Source: a bacterium (GTDB lineage Bacteria > Patescibacteriota > Gracilibacteria > Absconditabacterales > Absconditicoccaceae). From it: 64,000 nt of DNA. How positions within the stretch are numbered: position 1 is the first letter of the stretch; each line of letters begins with the position of its first letter. Where the stretch lies: contig JAHFJL010000001.1 of assembly GCA_023245855.1 (NCBI GenBank), positions 19,975 to 83,974 on the forward strand, read 5' to 3'. This document shows, one piece after another, positions 33,171 to 44,013 of this stretch. A program made the translations under genes and the position numbers. The notes under the pieces were generated by a model that saw nothing but the letters and a program-made list of their open reading frames with translations, made no database searches and was not told where the DNA came from.

Positions 33171-33860
33171 TTACATTCTTTCACTTTTGCGCAGACTTCT
33201 GAGCATATTCAATAACATATTGATGATATCTATATATACATCCACATACATACATATACAGACATCCAAGGTATTATCAATCGTCTTTGGCATCTCATAT
33301 GCGCGGTGCATATTGTAGCCTATGTACAATGCGAATATCTCTGTTCCAAGATACTCAGCTCCGCCAATATGCAATGATGGAATACTGATAGCTACAATCC
33401 CTACCCATGCTAATGCAGATAGACCGAGCCACAAAGAACGTTCTATCTGTTTAAAGAAGTTGGGGAATATTGCCCCTATGCTTCCCATAAACACACCTAT
33501 ACCTGCAGTCAATCCAAAGATATTCCTTATGATCACAGGACTGTGCTGATACATGATACTGCAGAGCAAGACTCCAAAAGGTATCACAACCAAATTATAT
33601 CCGATAAAGGAAATAATCGTATTTTCGCTTTTGAAAGCCATAACGATTCCTAGCAGAGGCACGCCTATGCCTAGCACTAATGCCTGCCAAAAATTAAGTA
33701 CAAATGGATATTTTATAGCGAAGTGAGCTACCCCTGCGGTGCCAAAAAAGCCCCAAAAAAGGAATGCAGTCATCACCATATAAAATGTTCGTGTTGATAT
33801 GGTATCATGGTCATACCGGTCAAACACTCCTGTCGAAATTTTAAAGTCATTTGTTTTCAT
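33171..33860 (-). CDS. BAX-inhibitor-1/YccA-family membrane protein
   Basis: Seven hydrophobic segments and a C-terminal ...YVDVYIDIINMLLNMLRSL typical of the BI-1 family. No in-frame TGA despite about 20 Gly. Confidence 0.65.
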   Translation of the reverse strand: MKTNDFKISTGVFDRYDHDTISTRTFYMVMTAFLFWGFFGTAGVAHFAIKYPFVLNFWQALVLGIGVPLLGIVMAFKSENTIISFIGYNLVVIPFGVLLCSIMYQHSPVIIRNIFGLTAGIGVFMGSIGAIFPNFFKQIERSLWLGLSALAWVGIVAISIPSLHIGGAEYLGTEIFALYIGYNMHRAYEMPKTIDNTLDVCICMYVDVYIDIINMLLNMLRSLRKSERM

Positions 33861-33931
33861 GAGAGATATTTTTTTGTTTAGATCTCATTTGTATATATTT
33901 CCATACAAATGTCAATCTCAAGGAAAAAAAT

Positions 33932-33960
33932 AAAAAAACTCTCCGACAATACGCGGAGAG
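33932..33960 (-). terminator. Rho-independent terminator (minus strand)
   Basis: Same ctctccg / cggagag stem as at 33112-33140, preceded by A7 on the plus strand. Lies downstream of 34055-34453. Confidence 0.65.
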
Positions 33961-34054
33961 CAACTTAATCTACAGACAAGCATTCACATACGAGATGATC
34001 CAATGGATGCATTTTATCACACTTGCTGGTTCCATACTTTTGTTTCTTTTGGGG

Positions 34055-34453
34055 TTACTTGAAATACATTCCTGCATTTTTTGAGTATTCTAAGAATATC
34101 TCTTTAATCTCTTTGATTTCTGCTTTTATCACCGGGGTCACAGAAAGCGGTTCAGAAAATTCAGATTCTTGTTTGTCTTTTCTTGATCTCTTTTTCTTGG
34201 CATATATTGCAATACCTGAAAAGTAAAATTTAGAATCCGAAATAGGACAGAGTATAAACTCTCCGCTAGAACATTGCCATGTCATGAAACAACGTCCATT
34301 TTTGCTATTTTCTATGATCTCTAAATTTTGGTAATATCGTGAAGCTCTCAACCTTTCTATAAAAGATACTTCATGGGGAGATATTCCGCTTTTAAACAAT
34401 TGGAATCGCGGTGATCGCAATACTGCTGTCAAAATTTGTTGGGGAGTATTCAT
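34055..34453 (-). CDS. Hypothetical protein (132 aa)
   Basis: Uninterrupted ORF with a TAA stop and its own terminator. No family recognised. Confidence 0.5.
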   Translation of the reverse strand: MNTPQQILTAVLRSPRFQLFKSGISPHEVSFIERLRASRYYQNLEIIENSKNGRCFMTWQCSSGEFILCPISDSKFYFSGIAIYAKKKRSRKDKQESEFSEPLSVTPVIKAEIKEIKEIFLEYSKNAGMYFK

Positions 34454-34652
34454 GATTTTTTATGGTTTTTAGATTGTTTTATTTTTTGTTTGTATATTCT
34501 TATATTTATTCGCTTATAAATGTCAATTGCTTCAATTCTTTCTATTTTCAGTTAAAAAACAGATATATCATTTAGAATAAAGCAAAAACAATACTATTGA
34601 CTTATATATACAAAAATATATCCTCATATAAACAAAAAAACCAAATAAAACT

Positions 34653-35885
34653 ATGAAAAAACAAACAAACAACAAAATCGCCAGCAACGGTACACTTACC
34701 GTTTATGGTATCACTTCAAACATCATCAAACTCATCAACAAAACCACTGATGTACTTCCTGATCATCTCAACTGGCAAGAACTTGCCTGTCTCTATTTTT
34801 ATGCACCACAGCTTAAAGAACACATTAAGCCCTGGATGGATAAAATACAGAAACATTTCGCTCAAAACGATTCAGAAGTATATATCATCATTACGCTTGC
34901 GACAGAACATAAAGAACTTGAACATTTTTTACTCGAAGAGATTGTACATATCAAGCATACTTTGATCTTGCACGATTTCGGAACGTTATTTCAGCTCTTC
35001 CCAAAACTTGATCGCAAAAATAAAAAAATCGCTATGCTTTGGATACTCAATGATATCCAAAATGAGAGTAATCCTGGACGTAAAAAGGATAAATTAACGA
35101 TGTATCATGAGATCTGCACTTCCAAGAACGAAAAATCCGATATCGTAGATCAGATTGTAAAATTATCTTCCGGTATGACTGTTCATTATCTCAAAGAGGT
35201 CTATAAAAAGATTCCTGATCAACGTATCGAGGACTTATGGTTCAAAGCGTTGGATCAAGAAAGACCGTTGGATGTCTTTATCGATGCCGCATTGATGACG
35301 AAAAAAGATGCGTTCTTCGAGAAAGCTAAGATGGTGAAAATCTACGATCTCGCACCAGAATCTTGTAGAATGCTTGGAGAAAAATATGAAGCATCCAAAG
35401 ACGTCCGTGTGCTTGATGTGCTGATGTATGTGATAGAATATTTTTATGGAAAGAAAGAACCGCATATCATCACGTATGCAATCGATGCATTTGCATTGAC
35501 CAAGGATATCCGTTTCTTTGATTTTGCAAAAAAGCATAGCGAACATTTCGATTCTAAGCTAAAATTGTACTGGTTAAAACCGGATTCAGAGCTTCTGGAA
35601 TCTATGAAGCTCACCGTTAAAGATTTTAGAGGTGCAAAAGAAGGCTTATTAGCAACCGGAGACGATTACTTCCTCACTGAAGTTAAAAAGCATATCAGTG
35701 TAAGTTGGGAATCAAGCATCGATCTTAGCATCCACATTTATAGGATATTGCTGGAAAATCCCAACAAAAACAAACAACATATCAAAGATCTGAAAAAATT
35801 CATTGAAGATAATCTTGGTATAGTATGGACACATTCAAGAGGCGATAAAGATAAAGAAGTGCTTCTGGAGATGTTAGCATCCTAA
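34653..35885 (+). CDS. Hypothetical helical protein (410 aa)
   Basis: Uninterrupted ORF with no TGA, followed by a strong terminator. No family recognised. Confidence 0.6.
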   Translation: MKKQTNNKIASNGTLTVYGITSNIIKLINKTTDVLPDHLNWQELACLYFYAPQLKEHIKPWMDKIQKHFAQNDSEVYIIITLATEHKELEHFLLEEIVHIKHTLILHDFGTLFQLFPKLDRKNKKIAMLWILNDIQNESNPGRKKDKLTMYHEICTSKNEKSDIVDQIVKLSSGMTVHYLKEVYKKIPDQRIEDLWFKALDQERPLDVFIDAALMTKKDAFFEKAKMVKIYDLAPESCRMLGEKYEASKDVRVLDVLMYVIEYFYGKKEPHIITYAIDAFALTKDIRFFDFAKKHSEHFDSKLKLYWLKPDSELLESMKLTVKDFRGAKEGLLATGDDYFLTEVKKHISVSWESSIDLSIHIYRILLENPNKNKQHIKDLKKFIEDNLGIVWTHSRGDKDKEVLLEMLAS

Positions 35886-35893
35886 GGTAGTAG

Positions 35894-35923
35894 CAGAGTC
35901 GGTTTGTCCGACTCTGTTTTTTT
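35894..35923 (+). terminator. Rho-independent terminator
   Basis: Perfect 9-bp stem cagagtcgg / ccgactctg with loop tttgt, then T7. Confidence 0.8.
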
Positions 35924-35929
35924 GTGGTA

Positions 35930-35956
35930 GAAAAAAATCCGCCGGAGAGGGCGGAG
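35930..35956 (-). terminator. Rho-independent terminator (minus strand)
   Basis: Stem tccgcc / ggcgga; A7 on the plus strand gives a U-run on the minus strand. Marks the end of the minus-strand defence locus. Confidence 0.6.
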
Positions 35957-35995
35957 ATTTGTGGTGTGTGCGGGGAGGGGAAAATTTTTAACTGA

Positions 35996-36244
35996 TTATC
36001 CTTTATATTCTTCTTTCCATATTCTTGCTTTTTCTCTTTCTTTATTTTCTCGTGCCTTATGTTTATGCCTATTTTTCAATCGAGCAAAAAACAATATCAC
36101 TGCAAATATTATAAGTAGTTTCCATCGATTACCGTTAGCGCCAAAAACCTTTCGTAGACCGTTTCAAAGATCACTCATCATTTTTCATTGATCTATATTA
36201 AGATTTATTATACCACCGGTTGAAATAGTAACAGTTGGTTCCAT
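35996..36244 (-). CDS. Small membrane protein (82 aa)
   Basis: MEPTVTISTGGIINLNIDQGKMMSDLGNGL...WKLLIIFAVILFFARL plus a basic tail. Two TGA=Gly. Lies 18 nt downstream of the antitoxin gene. Confidence 0.45.
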
Positions 36245-36262
36245 ATTAGTTTTAATAAAATT

Positions 36263-36940
36263 TTAAAATATCTTTTCTCAGATCCTTTCGTTTCATCACA
36301 CAGTGCATCATTTCATAGGTTCCAGTTTATATGTATATTCCATAAGATTTGTTGCCGACATATGTCAAAATTTTTCTATAATCAAATCAATAAATTTCTT
36401 ATCATTTTTTTCTAATACAAGATACGTCTTGCATGATATCGGTTTATATATCTGATGCTTACCCTTAGCAAAAATATTTTCTGCATCGTAGATTTCTCTA
36501 TTAAAAGGTCATCGATTCCATCTTCGATATTCCCGTCAAATCAGTTTTTCCTTATTCTTCTGTAAAGATTCATAATCTATGATAAAAAGCATTTTCATAG
36601 CTTTTAGTGTATCTATGTCCTTTATCTTAGCTGTTATATAATCTATTGTTTCTATCATTTTTCGCGTGATTTTTCTTTTGGTCAGAAGTTCGTAATCGAT
36701 ATCCAATGCTAATGCTATTTTTTGAAGCACTTCCAAAGACGGATTATAATCACCGTTTTCAAGTTCTGATATGATACTCTGAGTAAGTTTCGCATTTTGC
36801 GCTAATTCCTGTTGAGATAATCACTTATATTTTCTCCAATGAAAAATATTACCTCAAACAATAAGTTGTAGCATCTGCTGTCATCCATCGTCCTTGAGGT
36901 ACTTAACTCGTTTTGGTTTGTGATTTTTGATGATAGGCAT
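36263..36940 (-). CDS. XRE-family HTH fused to Panacea (DUF4065) antitoxin domain
   Basis: HTH: LSQQELAQNAKLTQSIISELENGDYNPSLEVLQKIALAL. Panacea-like: KAMKMLFIIDYESL...LIGREYRRWNRGPFNREIYD. Track ORF 36536-36736 extended both ways through TGA. Confidence 0.7.
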
Positions 36941-36963
36941 CTATCGGTATAAAAGAATAAAAA

Positions 36964-37410
36964 TTATCTGATTTCCGTATAGGTGAACTTCTGGTGTTTT
37001 GTGAATCTAAAATCCTCATAAATCTTCTTGGATTCTTGTATCTTCTCGTCATATAACCTATCTACTTGTTGAACATTCTTTTTGTCATCGTATTTCTGCG
37101 GTTTAATGAGATAACTCGTCAACAATATTAATTTAGATTTTTCGAGGGCAAAAAATATCCTTAAAAAAAAATTTGAACAAGGTATCGAAATTCTGAATTC
37201 ATGGATCGGTCAATCAAGATGCTTAATGTAATGTCAGTCAGGAATCATGTTTGATTGAAGAAAAAAAAATATTGCTTCGTCTATTTTCTTGGACATTTTC
37301 TCAAAAATCTTTTCATCTGTAAGACGTATGATACTTTTGGCAAGCACGGCATCGATGCTTTGATCTATGATATCATGATTGTTTATAATCAATGAATATA
37401 CACTCACCAT
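36964..37410 (-). CDS. Gp49/HigB-like (RelE superfamily) toxin
   Basis: IKHLDGPIHEFRISIPCSNFFLRIFFALEKSKLILLTSYLIKP matches the phage Gp49-like (DUF891) pattern. Lies 23 nt upstream of the XRE-Panacea gene. Confidence 0.6.
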
Positions 37411-37583
37411 GACTATCTTAAAAGTAAATATTGATGTAATTTTACCAAATTCCGATAAAATTGCAAGTTAATTTTCACTTTTATATGTTATTACATATTT
37501 TATTGTCACAAAATCGCTTCTCATTCGTATATAGGAGTAGAGGTAGCTTTTATATTATTACCGATTACCAATGGCATGTTGAA

Positions 37584-37614
37584 GAAAAACCTCCGCGTCC
37601 TGGTGCGGCGGAGG
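37584..37614 (-). terminator. Rho-independent terminator (minus strand)
   Basis: 7-bp stem cctccgc / gcggagg; A5 on the plus strand gives a U-run on the minus strand. Separates the macro gene from the toxin-antitoxin pair. Confidence 0.55.
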
Positions 37615-37761
37615 GTTGGTTGAGGCATGCGGGGAGGGAGGAAGTGTAAATACATTTGTTCCTGTTTCATTTTTAAAGGCATCGAATTCGATGCTGTTAA
37701 AATTTAGATTGTTTATAGATTCCCATAATCACATATATTCGGTCGTGGGTATGAGAGAGAA

Positions 37762-38286
37762 TTATATTAATTTCTGATATACTCAATAATCCTTATTTGA
37801 AAATAATACAAATCTAACTTCTTCGATTTCTGGATATAATTCAACAAATCCTCTTACTGTTTCTACTGCGATTTTACTACATTCCTCTATCGGACATCCA
37901 TAAGCGCCCGTACTGATCGATGGAAACGAAATCGTTTTTATCCCATGATCCAATGCGATTTTCAAACTATTTTCGTAACAATGAAATAGATCATCTTTTC
38001 GGTCATCGTTTTTATAATCCGAGAATCTTGGACCGACCGTATGGATCACTCGTTTAGCGGGAAGATTTCATCATACGGTAGCTACTGCTTCACCTGTAGG
38101 CAAGCCTTTGGGATATTCAATTCTTGTAATATTTTGACACGCTTGTAAAATCATTGGTCAGCCTGCACGATGAATTGCTCCGTCTACGCCTCATCATCAC
38201 AAAAGAGTACTATTCGCAGCATTAACGATAGCATCAGTATTTTGAGTAGTTATGTCTCAGAGGATGAGAATAATAGTAGCAACCAT
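37762..38286 (-). CDS. Macro-domain protein (YmdB / O-acetyl-ADP-ribose deacetylase-like)
   Basis: [35 protein letters not shown]...RVIHTVGPRF...ISFPSISTGAYG. Three consecutive TGA (38191-38199) encode the conserved Gly loop. Confidence 0.9.
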
Positions 38287-38304
38287 AAGAGATATGAAGA
38301 TAAA

Positions 38305-40512
38305 TTAATTTTTCCAATGAGATTGAATGTATTTATTGGCTTCACTTATTGACATAGGTTCTGCACTAGTCCCCGCTCTAATATAAAATTCTTCTTTATT
38401 GTTATTATTCACAAAACATGGTCTATCGCTCAGCGATATTTTTATTACCGCAATATCTTTATCGTCAATGTTTTTGATGCTAACAGAAATGAATTGATGA
38501 AACTCTTTTCAAAGAAAATTATTGATGAGTTCAGTAAATTTTAGTACGAATCAATCTTTATTCTGCTTTTTTCACAATGTCTTATAATCATTTTCTAATC
38601 CTAGTATATTACTATTATCGTCAATACCTATAAGTAGAATCCCTCAGTTTGTGTTAAGGAAGGCACAAGTTTCTTTCATTACCTTTATCTCTAATTCTTT
38701 ATTAATCTCATTTCTAATTAGATCCCATCTTATAGATGATTTGAATTCTATCTTCTCTGTTTCTCATTCTTCAATAAGTTCTTCAATATCCATTTCATTA
38801 CTCATTTTTTTTCCACTTTCTATGTTCTCCATGAATTCATTTATCTTGGTCGCTATTTCATTTCTTCTGAATTCTATAAACGATTTATAACTATCTAGCT
38901 TCCATAACTCTTTTTGAGAAGGGATTAGTTGTGAGTCCAATGCTTCCATTTTGCGTTTCTTAATGATATCTTGGAAGTAAACGATTGGCTCTTTGTTGCT
39001 TATTGATTTATTCGTACCTCACGATATAAATGCTAAATTTGCTATTTCATTAATCTCCTTTTGATCATATTTATCTTTCATTAGTGATTTTGGGAAAATG
39101 TGATGGAATTGTATTTTATGCGATTTTCAAATATTCTTATCAGATAAACCCAGTCATGTCTTTCGATCCTTCGCTCCATTAGCTTTCAATACAAAATAAA
39201 GCATTGAGAATAAAGGACTTCTTATTGATTTATACGCAATATCCTCGCTATCAACAATAAACTTTTTAACATGTAATTTTAGTTGATTAATAAGCTCATC
39301 AACACTATTAGTTTTAAACAATATGGATACATCAGCATCCAACAATCATTCGCTTGATCACATACCATAATGTCCTCTCATATGAGCCAAGAAAAATCGT
39401 TTTAGTAATTTTCTTTCATTTTCAGAAGAAAGTTTTTCTTTATTATTAATTGCATATACTGCTAGAGGCAATAATAGGAATGGTGAAGATAGATATCCTA
39501 AATCATTTATTTGTGCGTTATTTCTCAAAAAATCTACAACAAAACGCAATCAGTCCATAACAGCGGGTCGATGCTTCTGGAACGTCTCTTTGTTTATTTT
39601 TGATACGGTCTGAAACTTACTTTGATGTGTAATGAGTATAACCAGCAAACGTATGGTAATGTTGGTATCAACAATATAGTCTGCATCATTTCAGAATTCT
39701 TTAGAAAATATTTCAACTTCATTCATAAATCCTTTCCACTTTGAGGTTATTTGTGCCAATGCCAAATCACTTCATCTCAATTTTATACCTAATGAATTCA
39801 CTCTAACAAAAATTTCCGTCACTTCTTCATATGACATTGATTTATCCAGAACCTGCATTACATATGGATATTCTTGAATTCATTTTAACTTTTGTATCCT
39901 TGCAGAATAAAAATCCCATATATCGTCATCAGAATTTATACCCTTTGGCTTTAAGAGTTCTTTCTCTGTCTTTCTAAATACATCTGATACTGAAATCCGA
40001 CTAGGATTATTCTTCAATGTTTTAGTGGCCACAACAAAAGTTCTTTTTTTAAATTCTTCTTGAATATCATATTTGGCTGTTTCTTCATCTTCTAACTCCT
40101 CGAAATCTTCTGGTATATCAGTCTCGTCATCCTCTATAACTTCTGATAAGGTTCACTCGGGATGATCTAAATTAAATAAAATATCTATTGGTTTTCTGCG
40201 ATACTTTACGATAATTGGTTCTCAGTTTATGACAGCAGATAGAGAAGTGATCCTTTGTTGTCCATCTAATAGTAATTGTTTTTGATTTGTCTGTTCCTCT
40301 GTTGGTCTTACAGCCAACTCCCTTTCATTACCAAATTCATCTGTTGCTCGTACTAATATTGTACCAGAAGGGTATCATCTATATAAAGAATCAATCAAAT
40401 CACGGACACGAGATGATGGCCGAACATATTTTCTTTGCATTTCTGGAAGAGCAAGCTCTCACCTTTTTACCTTATCAACTAAGCCTCTGACGGTAATATC
40501 AACTTTCTCCAT
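38305..40512 (-). CDS. GmrSD-like DUF262-DUF1524 nuclease fused to a C-terminal AlbA_2 (Schlafen-type) domain
   Basis: DUF262: LPEMQRKYVR...YRGYPSGTI...LLLDGQQRITSL. DUF1524 (His-Me finger): HKIQFHHIFPKS...NLAFISGGTNKSISNK. AlbA_2: ETEKIEFKSS...AFLNTNGGILLIGIDDN. I verified all 735 codons line by line; about 18 TGA=Gly and no TAA/TAG. Confidence 0.8.
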
Positions 40513-40597
40513 TAGAATAGATTATCAATAAAAGTCTTTAATATAATTATACGTACTTTAAAATTATTGTCAAATTTAGTAGATAAATAACATTGTA

Positions 40598-42094
40598 CTA
40601 AATCATCTTTTCTACTTCATCCAAACCTTTTTGAATCTGACCTTCAATTTCTTTAATCTGACCAATCAATACTTTTGGATTTTCATACTTCACTGCTATA
40701 TATTCTATCTTTTTATACTTGGAGATACTGAGGTCGTAATTATTTTTTTTAATCTCTTCCTTATCTACTCGGAACCATTTATCTCACTTGCTAGGCTCAT
40801 TATCATACTTACGATCAGTTACACATTTTGCAAAATTAGCTAATACATCAGGAATATTGTTATCGTTGATTGGAGATCTTTTGTCATCCAAACTAAAGCC
40901 ATCGGCTTGCAGATCATAGAACCACACTTTTTTTGTCTCATCTCATTTAGTAAATATAAGTACGGCTGTACTTACTCCAGCGTATGGTTTAAATACTCAT
41001 GATGGTAAACTAATAACTGCTTTGAGGTCTGTATTTTCTAACAATAGTTCTCTCAATTTTTTGTGAGCGTTGGATGAGCCAAACAAAACTCCGTCTGGAA
41101 CGATTACTCAACATCTACCCCCTACAACTAATTTATTATAAATTAATTCCATAAACAATAATTCTGTTTTCGTTGTTCCAAGTGTAAAATCAGGATTAAT
41201 ATCTCCTTTATCTATACTCCCCTTAAACGGTGGATTCATCAAAATCACATCAAATTCTGGAGCATGAGAAAATTGCTTCCCTAAGGTATCTTGATATTTT
41301 ATATTTGGTGTGGCAATACCGTGCATGATACAGTTCATCAATGCAATTCTAACCATCGTACTATCAAAATCAAACCCCGTCAATCCATCAGACTTTAGTC
41401 TTTTCCGATCTTTTTCATCAAGTAAATCTGCGGGATAATGGGTTCCGAATTCATCAGAAAAAAGAGCATCTTTTGAGGTATTTTGTTCTAAAATATGCTT
41501 GTAGGCATTGATCAAAAATCCTGCGGTTCCTGCTGCTAAATCAGCTATTTTATCGTGTTTATTTGGATTAACGACATCCACTATCATTTGGATGATATGT
41601 CTTGGTGTACGGAACTGTCCGTTTTTTCACGCACTTGCGATTTCATTCAAAAGATATTCATAAATATCTCCTGAAGTATCTTCGTTTTGTTCTGTAATAT
41701 GAAGATTTTCTAGAATATTTACCGCAGTAACTAACATGCTTGCTTTGGGAATAACGAGATTTGCGTCTTTTAGATTTCCTGCAAATCATTCTTCTGTATG
41801 CAATGTTTTGATAAATGGAAAAACAGCATCTCTTACATACGTAAACATTTCCTCTGCAGGCATTTGGATCCAGTGGCTTCGTCTAAGCTTTTCATTGCCC
41901 TCAAAAAGTGAGGCATATTTAAAAGAAGAAACTCTGTTTGCTTTAAGCACATTTTGTTTGTCTAATTCGTCCAATCTTTTCATGAAAATAAGAAAAGAAA
42001 TCTGTTCTATAGCAGTCAATGGATTAGCAATCCCTCATGATCGAAAGGTATTTCGTAATGAGTTAATCTGTGATTTAAGTTCGGGGTTGAGCAT
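40598..42094 (-). CDS. hsdM: Type I restriction-modification system, N6-adenine DNA methyltransferase subunit
   Basis: HsdM N-terminal domain ([23 protein letters not shown]), SAM-binding region ([10 protein letters not shown]), and catalytic NPPF (ILMNPPFKG). I verified the frame to TAG at 40600-40598. Confidence 0.92.
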
Positions 42095-42098
42095 GAGA

Positions 42099-43004
42099 TT
42101 AGTGTTTGAAAGATAAAACAAAATTGAATATCTGGTCAAAATCAAAATCAGGATATTTTTTTCATAAAACAGGATCGAGATCATTTGCTATCTGTATTTT
42201 CAAAGCATCATAGTGATCATCAATAGTATATCCACTCTCTGATTCTGCTACTTTGTGAGCAATAAGATCTTGAATGCTAACAAAATCAAAGCCTTGCTGC
42301 TGCATATACCAGATATCAAAGAAATCTCTGATCGCTGGTAATTGACGTGTCAGCGCAGCTCTCATCTTCTCTGCCATCATCTCTTCCAAAGACAGGCACG
42401 TGATACTCATCTCATCAAAGATGGGCTCTTCAAGAATCGGATCAATAAATACAGCATGGACTGTTCATGTTGTTGATGGCAAGTATTGTTTGCTGGTATA
42501 GGTCACTTCTATTTTGATTGTCTGTTGTTGCTGACTAAACATACTCGTGTAGCTAATCACGTATTTGAGATAGGTGTATTCTTTGGTTTTTAAAAAATGG
42601 TTGCCTTGTGCTCTTTTGTGATGATATTCATCAGCATTCAACTTCCGATTCATAATTTTGCAAACTTTTTTCATTTTTTCTCTCAGATGTTGAGCAAATT
42701 TCTCTCTTTTTCCATTGGTATTTACTAGAGGATCTTCAATACTTATAGAAAAATCTAAATCTTCACTCAGACGAAAATAGGGATAATATACCTTATTGAG
42801 GCATGTTCCTCCTTTGAAGGTTATCTCTGGGATGTTGATGGAAATCCGTTGAAGAAGTATGGTCAGATAAAAATCTTTTTCAAATTTTTCTTTGTCAAAA
42901 TTGGCTGTATTGCTTTTTTCAAATATCGATAAAAGATCTTCCTCGTTTTCTATAGGAAGCGCTGTTCACAAAAGTGTATCAATACGATCTATCAGCGTGG
43001 TCAT
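42099..43004 (-). CDS. AbiEii/AbiGii-family nucleotidyltransferase toxin
   Basis: ITFKGGTCLNKVYYPYFRLSEDLDF is the hallmark motif. Fragments 42162-42410 and 42465-42674 are in frame. The stop lies 4 nt before the hsdM start. Confidence 0.8.
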
Positions 43005-43633
43005 AGTTCCAAAAATTGTTTTACTAAAATTTGTACTCTTTGGCTACAATATTTCTGAGAAAGAGAAATAAGTTTGGTTGGAGAGATTATTTTCTTTTTG
43101 ATCTCTTGATAAATATCTTCGACATATTCCATCTTTCCATCGTTTTCATCAATCATCTGGATAAGCGCTCTTTCACTAGTCATACGATTGTACGTCCCAT
43201 ATCACTGAGCATCCACTTTTTCTATCCCTCGAAAAAATGACGGTCTGACCTGACGAAAAATAAACGTATATCCGGCTATATTTCTCTCGCCACGGGTACT
43301 GGCATTGTATACTGTAATCTTGTTCGCAAGCTGCTGGGAAAAATGATACTGATTGTACAGATACATTCCTCCTATGGAATACAATTTATTTTTTCCATAC
43401 TGTGCTAAGATTGTCGTAGCCAGCAGTCATTTTTTTTTGCTTGAGAGCAGATTGAGATAGAGTTCTCACCTTAGGATAGGAGAGAGTAATCAACGACTAC
43501 ATAAAGTATCTATTCTATATTTAGGAGCGAATTTATCCAAAATTTTTTGCAACAGAGAAATTTCTATGAATGGTTTATCATAGATTCTGAGTTTTTCTTC
43601 TATAGTTTTAAACTGATTGATCGGTATATTCAT
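42989..43633 (-). CDS. AbiEi-like antitoxin / transcriptional regulator
   Basis: 214-aa ORF immediately upstream of AbiEii and overlapping it by 16 nt. SERALIQMID segment is typical of AbiEi. Fragments 43001-43183 and 43202-43384 are in frame. Confidence 0.6.
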
Positions 43634-43780
43634 TTTTATTATTGTCATCTAAATCCAGCAATATTGTGTTTTTTTGATGACAGATTGCAAGAGGAAATTT
43701 GCATCTTATTTTTCTAATGCGTAAACAATATTAAAAATAAAAAAAAACAGTCGAGAACTGGAATCTTGTGGCTAGTGATG

Positions 43781-43835
43781 GAAGAATACTAAACTTCGGA
43801 ACAGGTATGGTAGTTACCGAAGTTTAGTATTCTTC
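43781..43835. repeat. Perfect 19-bp inverted repeat with 17-nt loop
   Basis: gaagaatactaaacttcgg - N17 - ccgaagtttagtattcttc, in the 380-nt gap between the Abi_C gene and abiEi. Confidence 0.8.
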
Positions 43836-43860
43836 GACGGGGAATCAAGTATTTGCAAGT

Positions 43861-44009
43861 ATATGTTAGATTTTCTTCGTTTTTTTAACATATTTATGAG
43901 ATATGTTAGATTTTGGAGATAATGTATACCCAATACCTATAAAATAATTTTATAGATATTTGCGGATTTTGATGAATAACTATAAAAAAATTAGGGATAT
44001 GTTAGATTT
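43861..44009. repeat. Three direct copies of ATATGTTAGATTT (operator-like)
   Basis: Copies at 43861, 43901 and 43997. The first is also half of the palindrome ATATGTTA-N16-TAACATAT. Confidence 0.7.
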
Positions 44010-44013
44010 CTTA

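Noticed and set aside
35961-36191. 76-aa plus-strand ORF, and similar ORFs at 37461-37649 and 1859-2132
   Set aside because: They start within or run across GC-rich terminator or REP hairpins. For 35961-36191, the opposite strand encodes a code-25 small membrane protein.
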